64,000 bases of DNA, taken from IMG/VR virus record IMGVR_UViG_3300047476_002078, positions 62,001-126,000 of that record; one strand, written 5' to 3'. This document shows, one piece after another, positions 51,275 to 62,292 of this stretch. Every line of letters begins with the position of its first letter. Positions within the stretch are counted from its first letter, which is position 1. The notes under the pieces were generated by a model. That model saw only the letters and a list, made by a program, of their open reading frames with translations. It was not told the DNA's origin and searched no databases. The position numbers were made by a program, and so were the translations under genes.

Positions 51275-53474
51275 TTTATGTACGGGAATCTCGGTGATGC
51301 GATAAAAAATTTAGTGGTATTTTTAGTAGTGTCTTTAGTTATAACATTTCCACTGGCTCTTTGGAAATTATACGACATCTTTATCTGGTTTAAGAATCAT
51401 ATTCATTTTGGAGTTTATCCATGATTGAAATGAGCAAGGAAGATTTGGTTAGTGAATTAATCAAACAAAAAAATTTAATAGAAAGGATGAAGAAAGATTA
51501 TCACGAAGACATGGAGAGAAAAAATAAAGAAATAAACTTTTTAAAATCTGAATGTAAAAGAGTTTATGACCCAATCAGGGAATTTTGGAACATGGAAAAA
51601 AATGAAGAAGCCGAACAAATGAAGAAAAAATTAACTGCTATTGAAAGTGAACTTCGCCACATATATGACTACTCAGTAGGAGAATCCGAAGTTCAAGCAG
51701 GTATTAGTAATATCCTATCAGATCACTTTAAAAAGGCGTGAAATATGACAGCAAATGAATTTAAAGAACTATCTAATTGGCAAAAAATTAGAACCTTGTC
51801 TGGAGTTGTACCTCAGACAGGTAGCTTAGAAACAGATGTTAAAATATTAACTGACCGTTTAGCAATATGTTGTCTTATTTCAAGAGTTGAAGAAGGTGAT
51901 GCAACAGAAGAATTTTTAAACGAAATCATAGATAAAGCCTTTGGAGTATAATGTGAAAATTGCAGAAGCTATGACTTCTAACAAACCTTTTAAAAGACCA
52001 GAAAGTGATGAAATAGTTCAATGGTTTTTAGGAGGAACAGGACCTTTTTCAGACTTAGTACAGTGTGATTATTTTACCGTAAATGGAGAATTTACAACTG
52101 ACTTATCGTTATATGCTTCAGATATTTTAGCAACAGATTGGCAAATAATAGGCACGACCGAAGCGAACGAGGCTGAAGAAGAGTAGCTAGGTGGAAGCGA
52201 GATGACTGTGTTGACCCGAACGGTATGCGAGCCTTGAAATAATCGGGTCCCGCCTCTTCAAAGGAAAAATTATGAGTGAAGAAAAGTTTAGAAGGTATTT
52301 AGAACTCAATTACAATATTGAAAAAATTAAACACGAAAATACTTTTGAATGGGCTGTAAATGCTTTGGAAGATATGGACATACAATTAGGTATGGAATCT
52401 CATAGAATAAGCAGACTTGAAGAGTTTTGTAAGGAGTTTGTTTACGGTGAAGAAAATCCCCAATATTACAAAACAATGACAGAAAAAGTTGAAAGCTTAG
52501 AACATAAATTGAAAAAGGCACTCGAAGTTATTAAATTTTATGCAGAACATCATAACTGGGATTTTAGCTGTACTATTTGGGATGGTGATTGGGAGCCATT
52601 AAATTCTAATGCTCTTACAAAAAATCTTCTCGTAGGGGGCAAAAAAGCTAGAGACTTTTTAAAAGAAGAAAACAAATGAGTATCGCTTTATTAATTGTGT
52701 TTCTATTCGGTATGTTAATTTACTGTTTCTCTGTGGCTTCAAAAATAGAAGAGGATTATGTGCCATTTAAAGAGTCTTACACTCTAGGAGAATTTTTAAT
52801 ATCAATTTTAACTTTTCCTTATTACATATTTCATAAAATTTCTTTTATATCGCTTAAATCAGTTTTTTCATTTTTAGAATTTATATTCAACTTAGAAATA
52901 AGAAAAAGAAAATGATCGAAAATAATAATCAACTACAGGTAGCCTATAATAAAATAAAGTCATTGGAGAAATCTCTTGATGAGATGAAGGTTGAATCAGT
53001 GTTTGATAAAACTTCTCAAATGCAAATAAAATCTCTGATTGATGAAATAAAATCAGAAATTAAAGAGTATTTAAAAAAAGGATAAAATGATTTATTTTTT
53101 TATTTGGATGTTTGTAGGCTCTTTTGCCATGAACTTAGCATGGATAGAAGAACATCAAAAAACTCTCAATGATTTTGATTACTGGAAAGAATCAAAATAT
53201 CGAAAACATGAGTATGTGAAAAGTTTAATACTTGGATTAATTTTAGGACCCCTTATGTTAAAAGGTCTTTTCAGTGAAAAAAAGTGAAGCTGTCATAGCA
53301 TTAAGCGAAAAATTACAAAAAAGTAAAAATTTATTCGACGGTTATAAAAAAGGAAGTATTACTTTAAAATGCCTCTGTGACAATTTAGCTGATAGAGCTT
53401 TGAATTTTTCAACTGATAAAATTTACAAGGTTCCTCCCGATGGAAAATGGGAAGATGAATATCTCGAAGAATAA

Positions 53475-53502
53475 TTGACTTTAAATACTCTTAATTTATA
53501 CT
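53475..53502 (+). promoter_or_regulatory. sigma70-like promoter
   Basis: TTGACT-N16-TATACT. TTGACTTTAAATA also occurs at 34293. Confidence 0.55.
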
Positions 53503-54530
53503 TGTTATTGAAATGAATGATATACAAAACATCATAGATACATTTTTGTTAAAAAATCCGAGGAAAAGGTTTCCAGACAAGAGTTGGAAAATGTGTAATC
53601 CTGAAAAGTTTAAAGCTTCTGTTGAACTTTATAAAATGGGATATTGTATCGCAGACATAGCCAAACATGTTGGATGTACCTATGATACTTTAAGAAAAAC
53701 TTTCGCAAGAGAAAAAATTTATAAACCTTCGCAATATAGACAAAAACACAGAATTTTAAAATGAACGAAAATACAGAAATAGATGAAGAACAGTGTTTAT
53801 CTGATTGGAAAAGCCATAACTTATCCTGTGACGAATCTATTAGAATCCACGACTACTGCGAAAGAGCTTTTCGACACGCTTGGAAATTAAAACAAGGTGA
53901 GGTGGATTTGTATAAAAACAAATTAAAAAATACCCAATCATATTCATGCCAATTAAACAACATAGCTCAAGATTTGTTGTTGGAAATATCAAAACAACTA
54001 ATAGAGTTTAGCCACATTGGAAAAATTGAATACATAAGAAAAGAGATTAAGAGAGCGTTAGAGGAGTTGGAGAATGAGTATGATTATGAACAACAATTCT
54101 ATGACAGCACAAAAAAAGTCGGTTGGTAAAGCAGACAACATTTTAGTTACAAAAGAGTTTTTAGATAAAAGAGCTTCATACTCCATCAATAAGGGATACG
54201 GTAAACAAAAGTGGATAATTTTTTGTGAGGCTTTACTTCTTGAAGGTTATTCAATAAGGCTTTATGAAGCCAAAAATACTTTTTCTAAATACGTTACGGT
54301 TATTAAAGATAAAAAACAGTTCAAAGTAAGATTTAGTAACCATAAACCGATATATCAAAGAGAAATAAAAAAAGACTGCGACTTTTTTGTAGGGGTAACT
54401 CATACAGGAGTTAGAACGACAGAAGATGCTTTAATTAAAATCAAAAATTATTTCAAAGGGTTACATTAATTATAAATAAATTTTATTTTCGTAATTAACG
54501 TACACTAAATATTTCATGTACATAAAACAA

Positions 54531-54547
54531 GTGGATTCGGTAAAGCC
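54531..54547 (+). promoter_or_regulatory. conserved 17-bp element, variant (copy 5)
   Basis: GTGGATTCGGTAAAGCC, 16 nt before ATG 54564 (GGAG RBS). Confidence 0.6.
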
Positions 54548-56649
54548 TATACAGGAGAATTTTATGAATTTCATTTGGGTACAATATGGAAGCGAACAGT
54601 GGAAAAGAATGACAAATGTTGTTTATTTAGACTACATGGGGAATAAGGTTCCTTATGGTTGGATTACGTGGGAAACGGAAGTAATGCAAGACGGAACTAA
54701 GATGGCAAAAATGGTTTGGACTCGGTTTTAATTTTGCCAAACACTATTCCGAAATGTAGCATTTATTCATGGAAAAACTAAGACTATTTGCTAAAAAAGA
54801 TATTAAGGTCGTTGAAAGTTTCATCAAAGCAGGACAAGAAGTAAGGATAGGAAAAATATCCCAATCGCAATCAAAGTTCATGCTCATTTGTGCAGAAGAT
54901 AATTTGCATAAATGGTGTGAAATGTCTGAGTATGAAGAATTAGTGGAGGATAGAATTATTTATGACGAACACAAATATTGATACTTTTCAGTCAACGAGA
55001 GTTTTTCTCACTCCTAGCGGTGAGTATGTTTTGGCTTTACCTATTTTTGCCGATGAGAAAGGCTCTATATTTAATAAATCAGACATGGAGAAAATGACTG
55101 GTGTTTCTGTTTCAGTCGGGTTTTATGACCATATAGGATACATCATTTATCACCCAGAATTCGGAGAGCATTTAATGAACAGAGAAGTGACAGATTCGTT
55201 CTTTGAAGACTTAGGTTCATTAAATGAATAAGGTTTTAGATATTCTAAAAGGTTTTTCATTTTGGCAAAAAACTAACATTAAAGAAAGTCGAGTCCTTAT
55301 TGCTTTCCACCATCCAAGAAGCATTACTTGGCTTTTTACAGTTTGGGTCGGCAGAGAAAGATTTGGTTCAAAATTTAAGTTAGCCTGCCATAATGGGAAT
55401 TTTTTAATTGTGTTGTTTGGATATTATTTATCTTTGGACACTCAAAAACAAATGTGGAGAGAATATGAATAACCTTCGGTATATCATTAGAAATGGAGAA
55501 AAAGTTCTTCAATTTTCTGAAACAGTTCCGGAGTATGGCAGAACTGAAGATAACCAATTAGTAGTCATAGGCATGAATACTAATTGGCAGGATGTCCCTC
55601 TATGCGAAGATGAAAACCAAATTTTCAATACTAAAATAAGTGTGGATGCTAAATACAAAGAAGCTTTATCCATTTTAAAAGACATGGTTGATGATGAATG
55701 GGGAACTGACTATTGTGACGGCTTTACAATGAGAGCTAAAGAGTTTTTAGAAAAATTTGAAGAGGGGTAAAGACCTCTCTTTTTATTTTAAAAGAGTCAT
55801 AAAATCCATATTATCCATTAGAGTAGCGTATGGGCTAAAATTATCAAAAACTGCTCCCATATAACTTGTCATTCCATAACCATTTTTATGACATTTATAA
55901 ACACTTCCGCTGTAACCATGAAAAAGATAATACTCGCCTTCTTCTTCCACTTTAGTCACACCGCTATTTAATTTCCACGATTGACCTCCGAGATAACTCC
56001 CTGCCCAACCAGCAAAAACTTTATAAACTTCTTCTTTATCATTTTTTAGTTTTAACATTACCCAACGATCAGGAATATAAGTGCTCATAAAAACCTCTTT
56101 TAACATTATAGACTGTTTGCCATAATGAATATTTTATTTTACGGTAAAATAAAGTAAGAGGTCAAATGAAATACGCTAAAGATTATGCAGAAGATTGTTA
56201 TGAGCATATTAAAAATTTTGATTTGCAGTCGAAGGAAATAATAGTTAGTGCTATAGAATTAGCTATTTTGAGAAGACTAGAAGATTACAAGAATAAAGTT
56301 TATTTTCCTCTGTTGGAAGAAAACAAGCTTTTAAAAAATTTAGTACATATTGCAGGAGAAGATTTAAAAGCTGGGGAAATTGTTACACTATCAGACAATA
56401 AAGTTTATAAAGGAATAAAATGAAAGATTTGCTTTTACAAGCACCAGATTCTCAAATTGACGCTCAATTAAAAAATCTAATAGGTAAATGGAGTGAACCT
56501 CCTAAGTCTATCGAAGTTTTAGAGTCTCTCGATCATTGTGTTAGGTACTCTTCAGGTAGTGATTTTGTTGTTTCTGTTTTGAGAGCAATTCTTGAACAAT
56601 CTATGAAAGTAGAAAATACAGATTATGATACAGTAGTGTCACAAGCCAC

Positions 56650-56973
56650 TTGGAGAAATATTTAATGGAATGGATAATGCTTGCACATTTTATAGGAGAT
56701 TTTGTCGCACAAACTGACTGGCAGGCAAAGAATAAAAGCAAAAGCAACAAAGCTCTTTTGTCACACACTTCAATATACACTTTGTTTTTAATTCCCTTCG
56801 GTTTAAAATACGCCATAGTAAATGGTTTAGCCCATACAGTAATTGATTTTTTTACTTCCAGAGAATCCTCAAAAAGATGGTCTAATGGAGAAGTACACAA
56901 TTTCTTTGTTGTGATAGGTTTTGACCAATATCTTCATTTTCTAACTTTATATTTAACTTGGAAACAGTTTTAA
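56650..56973 (+). CDS. DUF3307-like membrane protein
   Basis: LAHFIGDF..QTDWQA..K...L..H...GFDQYLH. Confidence 0.8.
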   Translation: MEKYLMEWIMLAHFIGDFVAQTDWQAKNKSKSNKALLSHTSIYTLFLIPFGLKYAIVNGLAHTVIDFFTSRESSKRWSNGEVHNFFVVIGFDQYLHFLTLYLTWKQF

Positions 56974-57303
56974 GGAGGTTGTAATGAAACTATCGGAAGT
57001 AATTAAAAAAGCCAGAGTTGGTGGATATTTCAGAAGACCTTGTTGGTCTGGAGAAAGCTGGCTAGTAGTTAAAGAAGATAATTCTATTAAATTTAGGTCA
57101 ACTGGAAATAAATGGACACCTAAGTTGGAAGACTTGGATGCAGATGACTATCAGTATCAAGTTCAAAATGAAATGTGGGAAATTTGGTGTGAAAATGAAA
57201 ATGGTGAAATTTGTATTCATCCAAAACTCATTACTGAAAATCAAAAAAGTGAATTTAATAACATTGTAATCAGTAAAAAGCATATCATCACAAGAGGCTT
57301 AAA

Positions 57304-57522
57304 TTGAGTCAAAATTTCGTGATACCCTTTGGTAAATATAAAAATTACGATTTACTTCATGTGGCTGAAAGTGAACCAAAATATTTAATTTGGCTTGATT
57401 CAGTAGCGGAAGGTAATTTGAAAGTTGCTTTAGAATCATTTTTAAATTCTAAGTATTTTAAAGACTGCTTGATTGAACATGAGTACGAAGATAACGAAGA
57501 AGATATGTGGGATTGGAATTAA
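57304..57522 (+). CDS. small DUF3820-like protein
   Basis: IPFGKYKN...P.YL.W motif. Confidence 0.5.
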   Translation: MSQNFVIPFGKYKNYDLLHVAESEPKYLIWLDSVAEGNLKVALESFLNSKYFKDCLIEHEYEDNEEDMWDWN

Positions 57523-57707
57523 TGGAAATTAAAAAATGCCCTGAATGTGGAAATGATTCTGGAGACGTAGAATTTGAGGATAGAATAAGCCATTTTGCTT
57601 TTGTTGAATGTTTGACTTGCAGACACAGATCAGACTCTATTGAAGGTCGAACAAAAGAGGAAGCGATAGAAAAAGCTATAGACCTTTGGAATAAAGAGAG
57701 GAAATAA
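57507..57707 (+). CDS. Lar-like restriction-alleviation zinc-finger protein
   Basis: KKCPECG...FVECLTC...EEAIEKAIDLWN. Confidence 0.6.
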   Translation: MGLELMEIKKCPECGNDSGDVEFEDRISHFAFVECLTCRHRSDSIEGRTKEEAIEKAIDLWNKERK

Positions 57708-58679
57708 TGAAACCTTTTGAAATAAAAGTTGTAACAGACGGTGGTCTTTGGGTTGAACATAATTACCCTTGCCCTATTTATTCAAATTTAAACAGTGTTT
57801 ATGATATGGATAAAGGCATTTTTAAGCCATCTTGGGTTGCTCAAAAAAGAGGCTGGAATATCGTGTGTGCTGACACTTGGTTTAAGAGAATGATTTTGAG
57901 ATACTTATTTAAAACAGATAATGTTCCAAGTTCACTCTATAAAGAGCAACTTAAAAAGTTAAAAGATTGAAATTATTTAATTTTTCACGAATTTTTGAAT
58001 TTTTCATTCCAATGAAAAATGAAAACAAGTGCAAAATACACAAATGGAATTTTGAAACAGTATCTTGTGGGTATTGTTTGTTAGAAAAATTATTCGGAGA
58101 TGTAAAAATGCAAGATCAAGTCACAGGAACATTTTATCTTGTAAAAAATAAAAATATTGTTGGTGAAGCCGTTGTAATGAGTTTAACCAATGTTGTTTTT
58201 CATCTTTATTCAGATATAAGAAACACACAAAATACGACTTACGAACAAATAACTAAAAAGTATAAACTTGAAAGAGTCATTGGGAATTCTTTCTTAAAAG
58301 GAAAACAGTGATTCAATATTTTAAAGAAGGTTCAAAAGTATATTTCAAAGAAGGGCAGTATCAAGGACTCATAGGTGAAGTCTTAGGAGATGATTGTGTT
58401 TTGCTTACAGTAAAAGTAAAACTGACAGATGATAAAATTGTAGAGGTTCAAAATTTAGTTCTTCAAAAAGCTCCTGAAATAAAGAAAGAATATTTATGAA
58501 AATAAAGCAATCCGAAGTTATACAAAAACTTGCTAAACTATTCGATTCTATACCAGAAGAAGCGAGCAGTTATCATGTATGTGACATGCTTATGTATAAA
58601 GCAGAAAAAATGGGACTACTTATTAAAGAGGAACATGATGAGGAGTATTATTACATATTACAAACTGTAATAAAAACAG

Positions 58680-59297
58680 ATGAAAAAAATATTTAAAGCA
58701 ATATCAAAATTAGAGAAGAAAATTTCTGGTCTTTCTTATCAAGAGTATAAGAAAAAATATCCAAAGACTAAGAAACAGCAAAATGACCTTCTATTTACTG
58801 AACCTTCTAAACTTGTTCGTAATCCAAACACTGACGGTTTAAAAGAATTGATTACTCAAGACTACGCAGACAGATTGGATAAAAAACCTATTAAGGAAAA
58901 AATACAACCCACAATAAATCCAATTTTTAAAAATGTTGATGTGGAAGAAGAACACGATGAAATTTACCGTGCTGCCAGTGAACTTGGGGTTAATGGAGAA
59001 GAATTAAAAAGCAAAATTAAGTCTGCAAAACCTCAACGCCTATCTAATGAAATTTGGAGTCAATTACAGAACACAGATAGTTGGGAAATTTCAAGTAAAG
59101 AAGACGTTGATAAACTTTCCAAAAAATATAACAGAGACGCTGATAGTATTAGAGACGCTTTTAAAAATGGTAAAGCCTTGCCTACTCCCATGATTGCTAA
59201 AAAAGGCAATGAATATGTTTTAATCGGTGGGAACACTCGATTAATGGTATCTAAAGAAATGGGAATAAAGCCTTTTGTTGTAATAGCCGAAGTCTAA
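58680..59297 (+). CDS. leader plus YQEYKKKYP module protein with a ParB/Srx-like C-terminal domain
   Basis: MKKIFKAISKLEKKISG-LSYQEYKKKYPKTKKQQNDLLF, and PTPMI...YVLIGGNTRL. Confidence 0.7.
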   Translation: MKKIFKAISKLEKKISGLSYQEYKKKYPKTKKQQNDLLFTEPSKLVRNPNTDGLKELITQDYADRLDKKPIKEKIQPTINPIFKNVDVEEEHDEIYRAASELGVNGEELKSKIKSAKPQRLSNEIWSQLQNTDSWEISSKEDVDKLSKKYNRDADSIRDAFKNGKALPTPMIAKKGNEYVLIGGNTRLMVSKEMGIKPFVVIAEV

Positions 59298-59316
59298 TTA
59301 TCCTTTATTTAATGCG

Positions 59317-59333
59317 GTGGAATCGGTATAGCC
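59317..59333 (+). promoter_or_regulatory. conserved 17-bp element (copy 6)
   Basis: GTGGAATCGGTATAGCC upstream of ATG 59359. Confidence 0.75.
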
Positions 59334-59358
59334 TCTGAACTTACAAAGGGAGGGCTTT

Positions 59359-59556
59359 ATGATGCCTGATTTTACAAGACTTATGGCTTTTGAAAACGGT
59401 GAGTTAAATAATGAAGAAACTGTTGAATTATTCTCAGAGCTAGTTAAATCTGGCATGGCATGGCAATTACAAGGGTTCTATGGAAGAACTGCAAAAAGTA
59501 TGATCGAACAAGGGTATTTAGACGGGGAAGGTAACATCCTCAGTTATGGAGAATAG
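59359..59556 (+). CDS. small phage protein (DUF7417-like by recall)
   Basis: FENGEL...LFSELVKSGMAWQLQGFYGRTA. Confidence 0.6.
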   Translation: MMPDFTRLMAFENGELNNEETVELFSELVKSGMAWQLQGFYGRTAKSMIEQGYLDGEGNILSYGE

Positions 59557-59572
59557 TGGAATCGGTATAGCC
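59556..59572 (+). promoter_or_regulatory. conserved 17-bp element (copy 7)
   Basis: GTGGAATCGGTATAGCC upstream of ATG 59593. Confidence 0.75.
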
Positions 59573-59592
59573 TTTGAAAACAAGGGGAATCT

Positions 59593-60405
59593 ATGAAACT
59601 TTCTCAAAAATATATCGAAACCATTAAAGCCGAAATGAAAGGCAAACGCTTAGAGAAATTTTTAGCGTCTGTCCAAAGCATAAATGACTCACTGGATGCA
59701 GGAGGATGGCTTCCAAAAACCTCCAGATCAGCCGATTCAGGCTTCTACCAAGGTAGCGGTATTGATGCCAGACATATCGAAAGAGAACACCGAGAATTCT
59801 TTCCACTCTATATGACACTAGCTTACGGCGGAGCGTTTGAGAAAAGGAAAGAGGGTAAATCCTTAGAAGATTTGCTTCCACTACTCGATAAGAAAACTCT
59901 CAAAAAACACTCAATACAATTTGTTAAATCATGGGTAGCTCTTTGTGGAGAAAAGGATAAAGCTGTAGCCTACCTCAATAGCCTACGCCCTTTACCAGTT
60001 AAAACAGAAATTGGTCTATCGCCAAAAGTGACTACAACCCTCAAAGAAATGAATCTCGACATTGATCTTCCATCCATTAAGATGGCAAAAATCAACTACT
60101 TCTTTATTCCAAAAAGAAACCTCAAAACAGGTGAACAAATATACGGTCAAAACGGTGAATGTCTCCTTGACCACGAATACTACGTAGAATGGTCAGAAGG
60201 TATCGTACACAACCAATCAAGGTTCAATCGCTTTGGATACTGTCAAGCTTGCGGTAAAAACATCCCTTCTGGAAGGTTCGTGCCAATCGAAGCCAAAGAT
60301 AAAAAATCGAACAATCTAGTATCTTTCTGGGTCGGGTGCGACTGTGCCAAAAACATCTTCGGTATCAAAGACGAAGGTATCAAACAGGGAGTGGAATCGG
60401 TATAG
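59593..60405 (+). CDS. hypothetical protein with a C-terminal zinc finger
   Basis: CQACGKNI...VGCDCAKN. Confidence 0.65.
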   Translation: MKLSQKYIETIKAEMKGKRLEKFLASVQSINDSLDAGGWLPKTSRSADSGFYQGSGIDARHIEREHREFFPLYMTLAYGGAFEKRKEGKSLEDLLPLLDKKTLKKHSIQFVKSWVALCGEKDKAVAYLNSLRPLPVKTEIGLSPKVTTTLKEMNLDIDLPSIKMAKINYFFIPKRNLKTGEQIYGQNGECLLDHEYYVEWSEGIVHNQSRFNRFGYCQACGKNIPSGRFVPIEAKDKKSNNLVSFWVGCDCAKNIFGIKDEGIKQGVESV

Positions 60406-60407
60406 CA
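60391..60407 (+). promoter_or_regulatory. conserved 17-bp element (copy 8)
   Basis: GTGGAATCGGTATAGCA. Encodes the last codons (VESV*) of ORF 59593. Confidence 0.75.
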
Positions 60408-61671
60408 TTTGAAACAAAAAGGGAGAGGTTATGAAAGAGCTTGTTGAAATAAAATCGGAAGAATTATTTTTAATCAATTATAAGAGCAAATGGAGCGAGT
60501 ACCAAGAAATAGTAGCTCAATCCACTTTGGATTATTACAAACAATGGCATAAAGAAGCAGAAGTAAAAATTTTAGAAAATTTAGGTAAATCTGTTCCAGA
60601 AGTAGAAGTTTATAAAACAGATTATAAAACATCAAGATGCTATGTAAGGATTGAATATGAAGTTCATAGCAAATCTGAATTGAGCGAAAAAGACTTTGAA
60701 GTTTTACGTGCTCTTAAAACTTTTATGTCTGGTCAAAGAACAGGACATGTTAATCGAACAGAAAATGTTAATGGCACATATATTTACCACTTAATCTCAG
60801 AGTGTGATAGCGGTGACTAAAATAGGAGGAATTTATGAACTACAGATCAAACCATAATGTAGCTACAGATAACTTTAAAGACCATTACGTAAGCTTTAAC
60901 TGGAGAGATACTGATATTTATGGTCAAGAAACTACTGCTATTGTTATTGGACAGATGCAACGATTTTATATCTTGAACGGTAATCATTTTGAAAATTTAA
61001 AAGAATTAAACACTCAAGAAGCTTTTGATTATTTTTTGAATAATCAAAAACATGTTAATGCAAAATCAAATAAGTTTGACCTTGATGACGCTTTAAAAGT
61101 AATTACAGAATATCGAGAATTTAAAAAACTTCATGGGTACGATGTATGAATGACAAGGAATTAGTAGCGAAGTACATTAGAGATGCTTTATCTGAATTAT
61201 ATTGGGTAACTTCATCTCTTGATGAAAATTGTGAATTTGTTGAAAAAGAAGAGATAGAAAAAATTGAAGAACTACAGAATTTACTAAAATCTATTTATCT
61301 TCGCATAAACAAATAAATTTTACGGTATTTACATAACAATAAACTCCTTGGTAAATTGAACTATCAAGGGGTGAATCATGTCTGTTTCATTAAAAGGATA
61401 CCAGTCAACAATAACCAAACAAGAAAGAATTCTTGAAGAGTTATCAAAAGTTAAGAAAGCTTCAGCTAATCAAATAATTGACGCTTTGTACAAATATGAT
61501 TTGGAAAACCTGACCCCAAAAGAAAGGTTAGAAAGAGGTTGGAGATACTACGTTCACTTAAATAAACAATTTTCTCCGCTCGAAAAACAAAACAAAATAT
61601 TTTTCACAGGTGAGACTACATTAGGTGATTTAGGCAGAGACGAAAAATTATGGGCTATCCGAGATTAAAGT

Positions 61672-62292
61672 ATGGAATTAGACATTGAATCAATAAATGC
61701 TAATTGCCCTGAATTACCGAAAATTTTAAATTTCGATGATATAGTTAATCCTTTGACGGACAAGTTTATCGTTATTCAATTCTTTGAAGACGAAATAACA
61801 CATATTAGAAATTTTGCTAAAAATATTCCGCAACAAAAACTAAAAGAAAAGCACTATCGAATAGATGATGATTCACTAGAAAAAAGATTCTTTACAGGTT
61901 TTCTAGGAGAGTTAGCTGTAAATCTCTTATTGGGAAATCTATCTCTTGATTTAACTATAGGTGACTCAAAAGATTTTAATGTTCCGGACCTTCCAAAATT
62001 AAACATCGGTATAAAAACTGTTGAGTGGGGTAAATTTCCAATAGTTTCAAAAAACCCAAGAAATTCGGAAATAATAAACATAGTTAAAGGTAACACTGTT
62101 TTTGTATGCGGAATAGCTACCATTGATAATTTGAAGAAAAATTCCTCAGATGATTTGGTTTTGTCTCGTAAGCTTGTTCAAAGAAATGTTAAGACAGGTT
62201 TCTATGGATTTAACGAACTTAAATTTTTCACTAAAGAAAAATTTGAAAAAGTTATTAGTCAAAACCTTGTTCGGAAACATCTGAACAAGTAA
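61672..62292 (+). CDS. hypothetical protein, possible PD-(D/E)xK nuclease
   Basis: GFLGELAV...PDL...IGIKTV spacing is compatible with a restriction-like fold. Confidence 0.4.
   Translation: MELDIESINANCPELPKILNFDDIVNPLTDKFIVIQFFEDEITHIRNFAKNIPQQKLKEKHYRIDDDSLEKRFFTGFLGELAVNLLLGNLSLDLTIGDSKDFNVPDLPKLNIGIKTVEWGKFPIVSKNPRNSEIINIVKGNTVFVCGIATIDNLKKNSSDDLVLSRKLVQRNVKTGFYGFNELKFFTKEKFEKVISQNLVRKHLNK

Noticed and set aside
15690-60407. 17-bp element as a degenerate CRISPR repeat or tRNA fragment
   Set aside because: Copies are separated by whole genes and sit upstream of RBSs. No tRNA arms flank them.
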